Below are positions 41,423-52,074 of a DNA stretch of 64,000 nt, piece by piece (within the stretch, counting starts at the first letter, position 1; each line of letters begins with the position of its first letter). Source of the DNA: a virus; UHGV virus genome UHGV-0240527; one strand, 5' to 3'. The position numbers were made by a program, and so were the translations under genes. The notes beneath the pieces are model-generated. The model searched no databases. It was not told where the DNA came from and was given only the letters and a program-made list of their open reading frames with translations.

Positions 41423-42277
41423 ATGTTTGAAAAGATTGATAGTGTTTATTACAAAACACTTGATGAAAGGACTGTAACACAGTTTAAAGATAAATTTATC
41501 TACACAAGTATCTTGAAAGCAATCACTGATGAATTACAAACTCTAGAGGATGTTTGCTGGCAGATGCACACAGAGAGAAATATCAGGACGTCAGTAGGCC
41601 AACAACTTGATAATATTGGCTCACTGATTAAAGTTCCTAGACCTTTAGGTGCAGATGATGAAACATATAGAGCTATGCTTTATATCCAAATCTTCCTAAG
41701 ACGCTCTGACACTACTCCAACATTCTTGCAAAAAGCAATTATGACACTATATGGTGCAACTTTCTCTCAGATTTTTGAGCATATTACTCCTAAGACTGGT
41801 GGTATCGTTATCCGTATCAACACTAGAAAAAGCGTTCTAGATGCTGCATATACACTATCAAAGATTTCTGCAACAACTACTGGCTCCGCTGTTATCTTAA
41901 GAGATGTTACTTTAAATGGGACTGCTTGGACACCTGTAGAGGTTGCTGATTCATCACTTGCTATTGTTGATGATAAAGAGAACTGGTTTGTAACTGATGC
42001 TAACAGGGGTCTGGTAACAAATAACACTGGTGGCTCTCTGGAGTCCAACCTAGTAGGGAGTCTTGCAGATGCTGGTGTTATTGATGGTTACTTTAAGGTT
42101 GACAGAACAGCAAACCCACAGAGCGATGATTATATGACTGTAGATAGGTCCAATAATAGTGGCTATTTCATTGCTGGTAAAGAAGCTATTGCAGGTGGTG
42201 CATATGGAATCATGGCTGAGGTTGCACAAATTGTCAAAGGCAGAAAAGATAAATCACAACAAGAAGGAAATTCTTAA
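41423..42277 (+). CDS. putative baseplate/tail fiber attachment protein
   Basis: ORF track; synteny. Confidence 0.4.
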   Translation: MFEKIDSVYYKTLDERTVTQFKDKFIYTSILKAITDELQTLEDVCWQMHTERNIRTSVGQQLDNIGSLIKVPRPLGADDETYRAMLYIQIFLRRSDTTPTFLQKAIMTLYGATFSQIFEHITPKTGGIVIRINTRKSVLDAAYTLSKISATTTGSAVILRDVTLNGTAWTPVEVADSSLAIVDDKENWFVTDANRGLVTNNTGGSLESNLVGSLADAGVIDGYFKVDRTANPQSDDYMTVDRSNNSGYFIAGKEAIAGGAYGIMAEVAQIVKGRKDKSQQEGNS

Positions 42278-42579
42278 TGGCAGTTCTAAATTGGTCTACA
42301 AACGAAGTAGATACTGATGGTAATCAGTTAAAAGTTTTACCACCACCGGAAGTTCAAGAGACAGGTCTTTTAAAGGGTGAGCCTATGGGTAGACAGTGGT
42401 TCAACTATATTATCAACTACCTGCTGAATAAAGTAAATGGCACTGTTGGTGAAGTTCGTTCATATGCAACTGAGCAACCAGATTTAGTGGCTAATGGCTG
42501 GAATCTCATTAAGTCTGAGACAGGGACTGCATCAACAAGTACAAGAAACCTTTACACATATGAATATGTAGGAGCTTAA
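42277..42579 (+). CDS. hypothetical tail protein
   Basis: ORF track. Confidence 0.4.
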   Translation: MAVLNWSTNEVDTDGNQLKVLPPPEVQETGLLKGEPMGRQWFNYIINYLLNKVNGTVGEVRSYATEQPDLVANGWNLIKSETGTASTSTRNLYTYEYVGA

Positions 42580-42581
42580 TA

Positions 42582-43757
42582 ATGGCAGTAGGTGAAATTC
42601 AAATTAGTGCCTTGCCACAAGCGGCCTTACCAGTTGATTTGAGTGATATCTTCCACCTTAAGCAAGGTGTTGAGGATAAAAGATGTACGCTTGAGCAGTT
42701 GTTAGCACCTCACGCATCTTTGAGGAATAACCCTCATGGTGTAACTAAATCACAAGTAGGTCTTGATAATGTTATTAACTCTCTTCAATTAGTTGCAGCT
42801 AATAACTTGTCAGATATTGTAAGTGTTGCTGAGGCAAGAGCAAATCTACAAATTATGTCGTCAGAGGAAGTGAATAACTTAATTCAGCAACATATTGACG
42901 ACAAAAGTAACCCACACAATACAACGAAAGCACAGGTTGGTTTAAGTAATGTTCAGAACTGGACAACATCTAATCTGTACAATGAAGATGCTGATAAGTA
43001 TGCTACCGCGAAAGCAGTTAATAATTTATACAAAGCTATCCAAGCGTCATATCCAGTAGGGACTATTCATCTATCTGTTAACTCTGCTAACCCATCCACT
43101 TACTTGCTTTGTGGAGGTACTTGGGAGTTAGTTTCTAAAGGTAGAGCACTAGTTGGTTATGATACAGATTCTAGACCTGTTGGTTCAACGTTTGGTTCTC
43201 AGACTGTAGCATTAACAAATAATAATTTACCAGCACATACTCACTCTATCTATCTAACAGGTGGTGGTCATACACACTCTGCAAGTGTATCTATCTCTAG
43301 TTTTGATTATGGTTCAAAAAGTACATCAACTTTTGATTACGGTACAAAAACGACTAATAGTGCTGGTGCTCACACTCACACGTTTAGTGGCACAACAAGT
43401 AATGCTGGTAACCACAACCATAGAGTCCCTATGAGGGGTAATGATAGGGGTGGCACAAACGCTATTACTGCATCTGCTGATGCTGGTGTTGGTAATGCTA
43501 TGTATACTGATTTAGCTGGTGCTCACACCCATAGCTTCTCAGGTACAACTGCATCATCTGGTGCTCATAGCCATACTGTCGCAATTGGTGCTCACAGCCA
43601 CACTGTTAATATTGGTTCGCACAGTCATACAGGCACTGTTACTGTTTCTAGCTCTGAGCATACACACTCAGGGACATCTGGTTCTGTTGGTGGTGGTCAA
43701 GCTTTCAGTGTTGAGCAGCCATCTTTTGTAGTGTATGTGTGGCAGAGAACAGCTTAA
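42582..43757 (+). CDS. tail fiber protein with His-rich HxH repeat domain
   Basis: C-terminal repeats GAHTHTFSG, GAHSHTVAIGAHSHTVNIGSHSHTG; C-terminus (AFSV..VWQRTA) shared with the next gene. Confidence 0.65.
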   Translation: MAVGEIQISALPQAALPVDLSDIFHLKQGVEDKRCTLEQLLAPHASLRNNPHGVTKSQVGLDNVINSLQLVAANNLSDIVSVAEARANLQIMSSEEVNNLIQQHIDDKSNPHNTTKAQVGLSNVQNWTTSNLYNEDADKYATAKAVNNLYKAIQASYPVGTIHLSVNSANPSTYLLCGGTWELVSKGRALVGYDTDSRPVGSTFGSQTVALTNNNLPAHTHSIYLTGGGHTHSASVSISSFDYGSKSTSTFDYGTKTTNSAGAHTHTFSGTTSNAGNHNHRVPMRGNDRGGTNAITASADAGVGNAMYTDLAGAHTHSFSGTTASSGAHSHTVAIGAHSHTVNIGSHSHTGTVTVSSSEHTHSGTSGSVGGGQAFSVEQPSFVVYVWQRTA

Positions 43758-43767
43758 TTTCTTTACA

Positions 43768-43788
43768 GGGGCTATAAAGCCCCTTTTA
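43768..43788 (+). terminator. hairpin GGGGCT-ATAA-AGCCCC plus TTTT between the two fiber genes (attenuator/terminator)
   Basis: read directly. Confidence 0.5.
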
Positions 43789-43803
43789 AGAGGAAAATTC
43801 ATA

Positions 43804-46353
43804 ATGGCAGATTACAAATTGAGTCAGTTAAACTCAATCGACACAATTCGTTCAGAAGACCTATTGCACATCAGAGTTAAGAAAAGACCTGAAATGTTGG
43901 GTGACGAAGACCGTAGAATGACCTATCAAGACTTCTTAGCTTCCTTCAAACTAGAAAGGTTTGTTCAGATTGCTGGAAGCACTATGACGGGGGATTTAGG
44001 TATTGTCAAGTTACTTTACGGTGGTAAGGCAGTATTTGACCCTACAGGTTCTTCTGAAATTACTATTGGGGATGTTTTAAAGACTTTTAAAATTAACTCA
44101 AATGGGCTTAAACTCACTATTGCAGATGCCACAAGGTCGGCAACTGTTTATCATACTTTGAATAAACCAAGCCCTAATGAACTTGGTATGAGAACTAATG
44201 AAGAGAATGATGCAAGATATGCAAGGCTTGCTGTTACAAACACATTCTCTGGAACTCAGAACATTCAAGGTGATGCTAACTTACTTCGTCTTAGAAACCA
44301 GAATGCAAATAATGCGCAATATATTGAGGGTGTGAACTTAGATGGTTCAGCTAGATGGTGGGTTGGTATTGGTAGTAATGGCTCTGATGAAGTAAAACTG
44401 TACAATAACAAATACAACTCAGCTTTGACTATTGCAAGCAATATCTCTGTTAATAAGTCTTTAGCAATCACTGGACAAGTTCAACCTTCAGATTTCTCTA
44501 ACTTAGATGCTAGATACTTCACTCAGACAGTTGCTAATCAGAGATTTGCACAGTTAGCTGGCAATAATACTTTTACAGGTGCTAACACATTTAGGACTAT
44601 GAGTGTTATTTCAAATGCTGCTGCTATCACACTGCAATGTGCATCAGCAAACGAATCCCTGTATCTACTTGCAAAAGATTATGAAGGTGGAAACTTATGG
44701 TATCTTGGTAAAGGTAGTTCAGGTGCTGGTGTAACTATCTACAACTATACCACTAACACCTCTTTGGTCTTAGATGCTGCTGGAGTATCAGCAAATAAAA
44801 ATGTCAGAATCACTGGACAAGTTCAACCTTCAGATTGGGCTAACATTGACTCTAGATATATTCCGGCAGCAACATTAAGTACAATTGCAAGAACTAATGC
44901 AAGGAATACTTTTAATGGTGTACAGACAGTTGTTACGGATAATGAAGGTCTGATTGTTAAAAACTCTACTCAGAATAGACCATTATATATTCGTGGTGTG
45001 GACACTACTAATGTATCAAGATGGTGGATTGGTGTTGGTGGTGCTGATACGAATGATGTTACCCTAAATAACAGTTATTCTGGAACCCAATTGGTTCTCG
45101 GAAATACAACATCATACATTAACAAAACATTGACTATTGCTGGACAAGTTCAACCTTCAGATTTCTCTAACTTAGATGCTAGATACTTTACGCAAAGTGC
45201 TAGTGATAGCAGATACCTAAGAATCAGAAGTACTAGTTTTAATTTAGGAAACGGTGAAAAGTGGGCTAAAATCGCTACTGTTGTAATGCCACAATCAACA
45301 TCTACGGCAGTCATTGAGGTTTTTGGAGGTGCTGGTTTTAATGCGAATAACCCATACCAAGCAGGTAAGTGTGAAATTGTTTTACGAACGTCAAATAATA
45401 ATCCAAAGGATTTAAATGCTGTAGCTTGGAGAACAGCAGATAATGCCCTCATCACGGATATTGGTTATATTAACACTTCTGGTGACACTTATGATATTTA
45501 CTGTAAGGTTGGTGGCTACCAAAATTCTACGGTATCTAGGGTTCAATCTTCTAGTAATGCAAGTGTACAGTTGTTTGAAGTCCCGCAAACATTTGATGAT
45601 GCTCCACAAGGTATTGTGAAGGGTACACTTGCAAGGTACTACACAAGTTTGCAAAAACCAACCCCTTCAGATATTGGTGCATACACTAAAGCAGAGACTG
45701 ACCAGAAAATTGCAGAAGCAATTAGTGACTCTACAGACCTGAATAAAATCTATCCAGTAGGTATCGTGACGTGGTTTAACAGTAATGTCAACCCCAACAC
45801 AGCACTTCCTGGTCTAACTTGGACGTACCTGAACAATGGTGTTGGTAGAACTATTAGAATTGCAGCAGCAAACGGTTCAGATGTTGCGACAACTGGTGGT
45901 TCAGACTCTGTAACGTTATCTGTTGGTAACTTACCTTCACACACGCACAGCTTCTCTGCTACTACTTCATCATTTGACTATGGTACTAAGACTTCTAGCA
46001 CAACTGGTAACCACAACCACAACAGAGGTACTATGGAGATTACTGGTTCATTTGGTTACTTCAGAAGTGACGCTAGTAGCTTCTACACAGCAAGTGGTGC
46101 ATTCTACCTCGGTAGTCAGGCAGGTTCTAAAGGGTATACTGGTAACAACTTTACTAATGGTATCCCTGTCAACTTCAACGCATCAAGAAACTGGTCTGGT
46201 GTAACGAATACAACAGGTAACCACAGCCACACTGTTGGTATTGGTGCTCACAGCCACACAGTTAGCGGTAACACAGGTGGTACTGGTTCTGGTTCAGCAT
46301 TTAGTGTTACTAACCAGTTCTATAAGTTAATGGCTTGGGTAAGAACTGCTTAA
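43804..46353 (+). CDS. large tail fiber protein with internal tandem repeats and HxH repeat domain
   Basis: three copies of ITGQVQPSD(F/W)(S/A)N(L/I)D(A/S)RY; C-terminal HxH repeats (GNHNHN, GNHSHTVGIGAHSHTV); start moved to ATG 43804 after the hairpin. Confidence 0.65.
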   Translation: MADYKLSQLNSIDTIRSEDLLHIRVKKRPEMLGDEDRRMTYQDFLASFKLERFVQIAGSTMTGDLGIVKLLYGGKAVFDPTGSSEITIGDVLKTFKINSNGLKLTIADATRSATVYHTLNKPSPNELGMRTNEENDARYARLAVTNTFSGTQNIQGDANLLRLRNQNANNAQYIEGVNLDGSARWWVGIGSNGSDEVKLYNNKYNSALTIASNISVNKSLAITGQVQPSDFSNLDARYFTQTVANQRFAQLAGNNTFTGANTFRTMSVISNAAAITLQCASANESLYLLAKDYEGGNLWYLGKGSSGAGVTIYNYTTNTSLVLDAAGVSANKNVRITGQVQPSDWANIDSRYIPAATLSTIARTNARNTFNGVQTVVTDNEGLIVKNSTQNRPLYIRGVDTTNVSRWWIGVGGADTNDVTLNNSYSGTQLVLGNTTSYINKTLTIAGQVQPSDFSNLDARYFTQSASDSRYLRIRSTSFNLGNGEKWAKIATVVMPQSTSTAVIEVFGGAGFNANNPYQAGKCEIVLRTSNNNPKDLNAVAWRTADNALITDIGYINTSGDTYDIYCKVGGYQNSTVSRVQSSSNASVQLFEVPQTFDDAPQGIVKGTLARYYTSLQKPTPSDIGAYTKAETDQKIAEAISDSTDLNKIYPVGIVTWFNSNVNPNTALPGLTWTYLNNGVGRTIRIAAANGSDVATTGGSDSVTLSVGNLPSHTHSFSATTSSFDYGTKTSSTTGNHNHNRGTMEITGSFGYFRSDASSFYTASGAFYLGSQAGSKGYTGNNFTNGIPVNFNASRNWSGVTNTTGNHSHTVGIGAHSHTVSGNTGGTGSGSAFSVTNQFYKLMAWVRTA

Positions 46354-46360
46354 TCCCTTG

Positions 46361-46389
46361 TTGACTGATTGTTAAGATGGTGTTAATAT
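46361..46389 (+). promoter_or_regulatory. sigma70-type promoter (TTGACT, 17 bp, TAATAT)
   Basis: read directly, upstream of two small membrane-protein genes. Confidence 0.5.
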
Positions 46390-46432
46390 TCTTTATGGGT
46401 ATTCTCACCATCTTGGCTGATGAGGTGATTAA

Positions 46433-46627
46433 ATGCCTACAATCCTAGCAATTCTTCTAAAAAATCTAGGTAGCTTCTTCTGGAAACTCATTTTATCCCT
46501 TCTAAGTGAATACATGATTGAGAAAGTGTTCTTTAAGCTTGCAAGATACCTTGCGAGTAAAACAGACACACCTATTGATGATGAGTTCGTAGATAACTTA
46601 GAAAAAGCTTTTAAGGGGGAGAAATAA
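46433..46627 (+). CDS. small hydrophobic protein (holin-like candidate)
   Basis: 64 aa, N-terminal hydrophobic segment ILAILLKNLGSFFWKLILSLL; charged C-terminus. Confidence 0.4.
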   Translation: MPTILAILLKNLGSFFWKLILSLLSEYMIEKVFFKLARYLASKTDTPIDDEFVDNLEKAFKGEK

Positions 46628-46999
46628 ATGAAGTGGCTAGAGGAAGCTTTTAAAAATAATATTGGTGCAATTGTAGTTGGTATTTTTAGTGTTATTGGGA
46701 TGTATACCACGATGCAGGTTTCAAGTGGTAAACAAGAAGTGTCTGTCACAACAAAGTTACAACAGCTAGATAATTATTCCAAAAGTAACTATTCAGCTAT
46801 TCGTGATTTACAGTCTGACATGAGACTGATTCAGCTAGGGATGGAGAACCAGAAAGTTCAGTTAGAGAATGTTAAGGGTGAAAACGCAAAACTTACCAAA
46901 ACCCTTGATAAATTCTCTGACAGTGTGAACAATCTGGCTCAATCAGTATCAGCCTTGCAAGCTATTACTGAAAAGAACACAAAGAATACTGAAAAATAA
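46628..46999 (+). CDS. membrane-anchored coiled-coil protein
   Basis: N-terminal TM segment IGAIVVGIFSVIGMY followed by helical region. Confidence 0.45.
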   Translation: MKWLEEAFKNNIGAIVVGIFSVIGMYTTMQVSSGKQEVSVTTKLQQLDNYSKSNYSAIRDLQSDMRLIQLGMENQKVQLENVKGENAKLTKTLDKFSDSVNNLAQSVSALQAITEKNTKNTEK

Positions 47000-47004
47000 A
47001 ATTT

Positions 47005-47036
47005 AAGGCTCCCGTAAAAAGGAGCCTTTTTTGTTT
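47005..47036. terminator. bidirectional intrinsic terminator between convergent operons
   Basis: AGGCTCC..GGAGCCT hairpin flanked by T runs on both strands. Confidence 0.6.
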
Positions 47037-47936
47037 TTACTTACCTACTGACAGAGGTGCTTCAATCTTCCCTGCATGTTGGTAGTTGTTAATACCACCA
47101 ATAAAATCACTTGCAGTAAGATGTTTCAGGTCACTCAGGGTGTTAAGCTGTACACCAATCTCAAAAGTAGGTGCATGGAACTCTTCATTGTTCATCAGTT
47201 CATAAACCTGTTTCATATGGTTCTGATAAATCTGAGTATCTCCAAAGACACCTATCAAGTACCGTGGAGTGTATCCAGTCATCTTACAAAGAACTTCTAA
47301 GATGAAACCATAAGACGCAATATTAAACGGAAGTCCTAAAAAGGTGTCTACTGAACGTTGATACCACTGTAAGTCAACTTCACCCTCATTAGTGATATAA
47401 ATCTGAAACAGAACATGACAAGGTGCTAAAGCCATTGAGTTTGCTGAAATATCTGCTGCATTCCAAGCATTAACAAGCATGTAACGGTCTGTGATATCAC
47501 CCTTCATCTTCGTTACTAAGGTCTCTAGCTGGTCTACAACACAACCATTATGACCTTCAAAGTTTCTCCACTGAACCCCATAGATTCTCCCACCTGCATC
47601 TTCTAACCAATCTTGTTCAGAAGAATAATTAGAACTTAACCAGCGTTTAAAATCATCTGACCAGATAGTCCAGCGTTCCCCATCATTTTCACCCCAAGTG
47701 CGATAACGGAGTTCACCAAGCTTATTCTCGCCATTCAGGAACCATAAAGCTTCTCCGATAACTTGCCGTGTAAACACCTGTTTAGATGTTAAGAGTGGGA
47801 AACCAGTTCGCATATCAAAACGAAACTGAGGTGGAGCAAATGCAGAGATAACATCTCCAGTTCGTGTAGTACGCAGTTCACCAACGGATAAAACATGGTT
47901 CAGGATATTTTTGTAACTTGAATCTGCTTGTGACAT
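47037..47936 (-). CDS. thyA: thymidylate synthase
   Basis: motifs MALAPCH, YQRSVDTFLGLPFNIASY, GDTQIYQNH closely match ThyA active-site regions; Asn in D.H.Y.NH indicates dUMP specificity. Confidence 0.85.
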   Translation of the reverse strand: MSQADSSYKNILNHVLSVGELRTTRTGDVISAFAPPQFRFDMRTGFPLLTSKQVFTRQVIGEALWFLNGENKLGELRYRTWGENDGERWTIWSDDFKRWLSSNYSSEQDWLEDAGGRIYGVQWRNFEGHNGCVVDQLETLVTKMKGDITDRYMLVNAWNAADISANSMALAPCHVLFQIYITNEGEVDLQWYQRSVDTFLGLPFNIASYGFILEVLCKMTGYTPRYLIGVFGDTQIYQNHMKQVYELMNNEEFHAPTFEIGVQLNTLSDLKHLTASDFIGGINNYQHAGKIEAPLSVGK

Positions 47937-47937
47937 A

Positions 47938-48483
47938 TCAAAAGTGTCCTTTTACTTGTGGAACATAAATTTCAAAAGTTGCTTTACCATCCTCTGATGG
48001 TTTTGACTGTACCTTTGTAAATACACGGTTATCATACAGCTTCTCAAAGAAGTTTTCAAAAGGTAAATGCACAGTGGCCTCTTCAGTAACTTTATGGAAG
48101 ACTGTATGGAACACCACACCAGCATACGGTAAAGCATTGACAAGGACACCTGCACCACCAATTACAAAGACATCTTCATCAATAGAGCTATCAAGATACT
48201 TCAAAAATGCTCCAAAGGATTCTTTGCTGGCCTTAGCATACATTACCTCATCTTTGCCAAAGTCTATGCCTAAGTATGGTACAGAATTTGTTAAGATGAG
48301 ATTTGCACGTTCTGGTAAAGGTTTACTCCCCAGAGTCTTGAAAGTCTCGTTACCCATCACTACTAAGTTGTTTTTAGTGAGTCTCTTAAACTCTTGCATG
48401 TCCTGTTTATGTCGAGGCCACGGCATACCAGTTGGAGTACCAAACTCCCCATTTTCACCACTTGCAAAGATTAATTTAATCAT
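47938..48483 (-). CDS. dihydrofolate reductase
   Basis: motifs GMPW, VVMGNETF, LPERANLILT, VIGGAGV typical of DHFR; adjacent to thyA. Confidence 0.8.
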   Translation of the reverse strand: MIKLIFASGENGEFGTPTGMPWPRHKQDMQEFKRLTKNNLVVMGNETFKTLGSKPLPERANLILTNSVPYLGIDFGKDEVMYAKASKESFGAFLKYLDSSIDEDVFVIGGAGVLVNALPYAGVVFHTVFHKVTEEATVHLPFENFFEKLYDNRVFTKVQSKPSEDGKATFEIYVPQVKGHF

Positions 48484-48740
48484 TTTGTAAATCCTTTCTT
48501 AATGAACCAGTTGATAACATTCTTCACGGCTTTATTGCTATGGTATATTAGGTGTGGTGTAGGTTGGTATGAACCATAAGCCCAGAATGATAGATGCTCA
48601 CCACAACCAACACATGTAGTACTTTCTTCAGCTATATGACCATTAACAATCACATGAACTTCACCTTGTAAGTCTGTACACCCACAATGTGGACAGCGGA
48701 TAGGTGTCCCATCAGACTCATAGCAGTGTTCAATTTTCAT
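48480..48740 (-). CDS. zinc-ribbon protein
   Basis: CPHCGC...CVGCGEH Cys pairs. Confidence 0.5.
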   Translation of the reverse strand: MKIEHCYESDGTPIRCPHCGCTDLQGEVHVIVNGHIAEESTTCVGCGEHLSFWAYGSYQPTPHLIYHSNKAVKNVINWFIKKGFTK

Positions 48741-49256
48741 CTATTTAACCTCAAAAACTGGCTCAAGAACCAATATAAAGTCTACACAGTCATCTTCTTC
48801 ATCCAGAATACCATCAAAGTTCTTAGGAACGAAGTCGAAGAGACTCATAGAGTAGCGGTCAGAAGTAATCCTGATAGTTCCTCCGATATTCTCTACAGTT
48901 AATATTGTACGGCTTTCTGTTACCTCACTAATAAGATTGCTTACAAAGTCATCTAAGAAGTGCTTCATCAGTGATTTAAAGCCTTTAGGGTAATCTGTAC
49001 CAGAGTATGTTTCAATCTGAGGAACAAGCTTAACATTTATACTAGTCTTTGTTAAGAACGTATTAGAGAACATACTATCAGGTAACTTGCAAACAGTCTT
49101 TCCAGTACCTTCATGTTCAATCTCAACAAAACCAGCTTCGTCGCCACATGTAACTATTTTAAAAGATGCTTCATTCTCATACTGTGAAGCCATAAACTTT
49201 TTAAGCATCTCTTTAAGGAAATCTGCATGAGCATCTTGTAAGTAGATATCAATCAT
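48741..49256 (-). CDS. hypothetical protein
   Basis: ORF track. Confidence 0.5.
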   Translation of the reverse strand: MIDIYLQDAHADFLKEMLKKFMASQYENEASFKIVTCGDEAGFVEIEHEGTGKTVCKLPDSMFSNTFLTKTSINVKLVPQIETYSGTDYPKGFKSLMKHFLDDFVSNLISEVTESRTILTVENIGGTIRITSDRYSMSLFDFVPKNFDGILDEEDDCVDFILVLEPVFEVK

Positions 49257-49269
49257 AGTTAATCACCTA

Positions 49270-49629
49270 TTATGGGAACAAGCACTTAATGTCATCATTT
49301 TTGAAAACAAAACTTGTGTAGTTATGACCATCAACATCCAGCCAAACAGCCTGAACATCTACACCATCAAGGTTGTGGTAAAGCTCTTTGATGAAGTGGT
49401 CTTTTACAATCTGGCTGCTAGTTGTTTCCAGCTTAATGTTTGAGATTGCTGAACCTACAGCCATATAACCCATGACACGTTTCTTCTCAGTATGCTTAAT
49501 CTTACCATCTTTGTAAGCCATAATGAGATTGGAGAGAATCTTCACACCATAATACTTTTCAAGGTGAGTTGGTACGCCATAAAAGCCTAATGCGAAGTTT
49601 TCAGAGTGGATAATATTTTCACGTTTCAT
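49270..49629 (-). CDS. hypothetical protein
   Basis: ORF track. Confidence 0.5.
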   Translation of the reverse strand: MKRENIIHSENFALGFYGVPTHLEKYYGVKILSNLIMAYKDGKIKHTEKKRVMGYMAVGSAISNIKLETTSSQIVKDHFIKELYHNLDGVDVQAVWLDVDGHNYTSFVFKNDDIKCLFP

Positions 49630-49630
49630 A

Positions 49631-49960
49631 TTAATCTGCCAACCTTAAATTGAAATTAACACCAAATTTTTCACATACTTCCAACATATACTCAAGAGAG
49701 ACATTACCAGTGAGGTGGATTATGTTGGATACACGAGCCTGAGAAATACCACAAATTTTAGCAACTTGCTCTTGAGAAAGACCTCTGGATTTAATCTCTC
49801 TCTTAAAACGATGTGCAACGAAATCTCTCATTTCGTCTACATCCATTGGACAAATATAACTCTCCATTTCAGCCTCTCTATCAGCCTCCCAATCATCTTG
49901 TGGGGCGTAAGGGTCAAAAACCTCATTCATCTTTCTTCTTCCGTTTGCGTGAAGTGTCAA
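49631..49960 (-). CDS. putative helix-turn-helix DNA-binding protein
   Basis: LSQEQVAKICGISQARVSNI resembles HTH motif. Confidence 0.5.
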   Translation of the reverse strand: MTLHANGRRKMNEVFDPYAPQDDWEADREAEMESYICPMDVDEMRDFVAHRFKREIKSRGLSQEQVAKICGISQARVSNIIHLTGNVSLEYMLEVCEKFGVNFNLRLAD

Positions 49961-50135
49961 TCAATGAATCTATGTTTGTAGCCCTAACCTTTTCACGTTC
50001 ATCGTTAAGATAATCGTCAAGAGCCTTTTCAATCTGTGAATCATCTTGACAGATAACTGTAAAGACTGTAAAGCCGTCTGTATCATCAATTATCTTACCA
50101 TAACCGCTTCTGGGATGTAACTTTTTAAGAGCCAT
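49923..50135 (-). CDS. hypothetical protein
   Basis: ORF track. Confidence 0.4.
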   Translation of the reverse strand: MALKKLHPRSGYGKIIDDTDGFTVFTVICQDDSQIEKALDDYLNDEREKVRATNIDSLIDTSRKRKKKDE

Positions 50136-50136
50136 A

Positions 50137-50520
50137 TCAAATACCTGTGCAGCTTCTGTTTTCTAAGAAATACTCAACACCATACATAGCTTTTTGCATC
50201 AAATCTTCTTTAAACTGGATACGATGATTGAGCATAGACTGTACATCAATATCATCAGGGTGCTTCTCTTTAATGTTTGCAGATTGCAGGAAATATTCTG
50301 CAAGAACACGATACTGATAGTCAGTTACCTTATCAGTCATCTCTGTTAAAGACTCTTCAGAGATTGGTTTAAGTAGTTCACCATTAGCTAGAGCAACACC
50401 TTTTATAATCTGGCAAGTGTCTTCTGGAACACCTGATAAGTCCACATTTGGCAGTTCTGTTGCATTGACTGGTAAATTCATTGCCATAATCATTGCAGCA
50501 GCTAATAAAATCTTTTTCAT
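50137..50520 (-). CDS. secreted/periplasmic protein
   Basis: N-terminal signal peptide MKKILLAAAMIMAMNLPVNA. Confidence 0.55.
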   Translation of the reverse strand: MKKILLAAAMIMAMNLPVNATELPNVDLSGVPEDTCQIIKGVALANGELLKPISEESLTEMTDKVTDYQYRVLAEYFLQSANIKEKHPDDIDVQSMLNHRIQFKEDLMQKAMYGVEYFLENRSCTGI

Positions 50521-50559
50521 AATGACCTCAAAGTTATATTAAATTTTGTATTACGTTGA

Positions 50560-50985
50560 GTATAAAAATAAGCTATAACACCTGACTTGTCAACAGATTT
50601 TATAGCTTATTTGGCAGATTTTTTATAAGGCTACTGCCATCCTTCCATACCAAACCCGACCTCACCTCACAAAACCATACCAAACCCAACCCTACCTGAC
50701 CAGACCTCACCTCACCAAGCATTACTTAAAAACCCTCTTAGAAGACTCTTAAGTGATGTAAGTCTCATTTTAATGTAGCTGAGACTAACTACCCACACCG
50801 AACCTCACCTGACCTAACCGTGCCTTACCACACCTCACTTAAAAACCCTTTTAAAAGACTCTTAAGTGATGTAATCGAATTTTTATGTAGCTCCGATTAA
50901 CTACCCGCACTTTACCAAACCTCACCCTACCCTACCAGACCTTACCTAACCGCGCCGTACCTCATTAAAAGACCCTCTTAAAGAC
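50560..50985. repeat. composite repeat region: CA-rich ACC-type tracts plus conserved modules M1 (AAAAACCCTCTTAGAAGACTCTTAAGTGATG) and M2 (TAAGTCTCATTTTAATGTAGCTGAGACTAACTACCCACACC)
   Basis: modules read directly in two copies here and again at 52225-52390. Confidence 0.6.
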
Positions 50986-51014
50986 CTTTTAAAAAGGAGC
51001 CTCCGAAGAGGCTA
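50986..51014 (-). terminator. intrinsic terminator after the 51025-51465 gene
   Basis: on minus strand GCCTC-TTCG-GAGGC hairpin followed by TTTTT. Confidence 0.5.
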
Positions 51015-51024
51015 CCTAGTCAAC

Positions 51025-51465
51025 TTAGAAAGGTTTTCTACGTTGCTTGTTAATGTTAGCTTTCATAGCAGCTAAATGGTTTTGCTGTTCAATTAGTCGT
51101 GAACGTTCTTGATGGCTAAGTGCCATAGTGTTCACATTCTCAATCGCTTGAGTGGCTTGCTTTAAAGCACGACCAATCTTACCAGACATTTTACGTTTTG
51201 CAATAGTTGCTTGATGCTTAGGTTCAACCACACGATAACCAACACCCATTGAAGCAACCAGATAAATCTTCTCTTCTTTAAGAAGCTTCTCAATAAACTT
51301 CTCAAGTCGGTTTAGACGTGTAAGCGCATAAGCCTTCATTTCATCTTCGTACTTAACAATGTCACCTTGATAAGTTGGTTTCACAATACCTAAGAAGGCA
51401 TCCATCTCAGAATGTGATACAGTGTCACCGTAACTAAACTTTGCTGCTAATGCTTTTGTATTCAT
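51025..51465 (-). CDS. hypothetical protein (repeat-flanked cassette)
   Basis: ORF track. Confidence 0.5.
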   Translation of the reverse strand: MNTKALAAKFSYGDTVSHSEMDAFLGIVKPTYQGDIVKYEDEMKAYALTRLNRLEKFIEKLLKEEKIYLVASMGVGYRVVEPKHQATIAKRKMSGKIGRALKQATQAIENVNTMALSHQERSRLIEQQNHLAAMKANINKQRRKPF

Positions 51466-51467
51466 AA

Positions 51468-52073
<606 letters not shown>

Positions 52074-52074
52074 T

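Noticed and set aside
43519-46204. His/Leu-rich ORFs 43519-43731 and 45923-46204 and minus-strand ORFs inside the tail fiber genes
   Set aside because: Alternative-frame and antisense reading of the HxH repeat DNA; no RBS; fully embedded in stronger genes.
47037-47936. ThyA homolog as a dUMP/dCMP hydroxymethylase for hypermodified bases
   Set aside because: The active-site region keeps Asn (GDTQIYQNH) and the gene is paired with DHFR, as expected for a canonical thymidylate synthase cycle.
50750-50800. M2 repeat as promoter for a phage single-subunit RNA polymerase
   Set aside because: No RNA polymerase gene in this window and no resemblance to T7/SP6/N4 promoter consensus; kept only as an unexplained conserved module.
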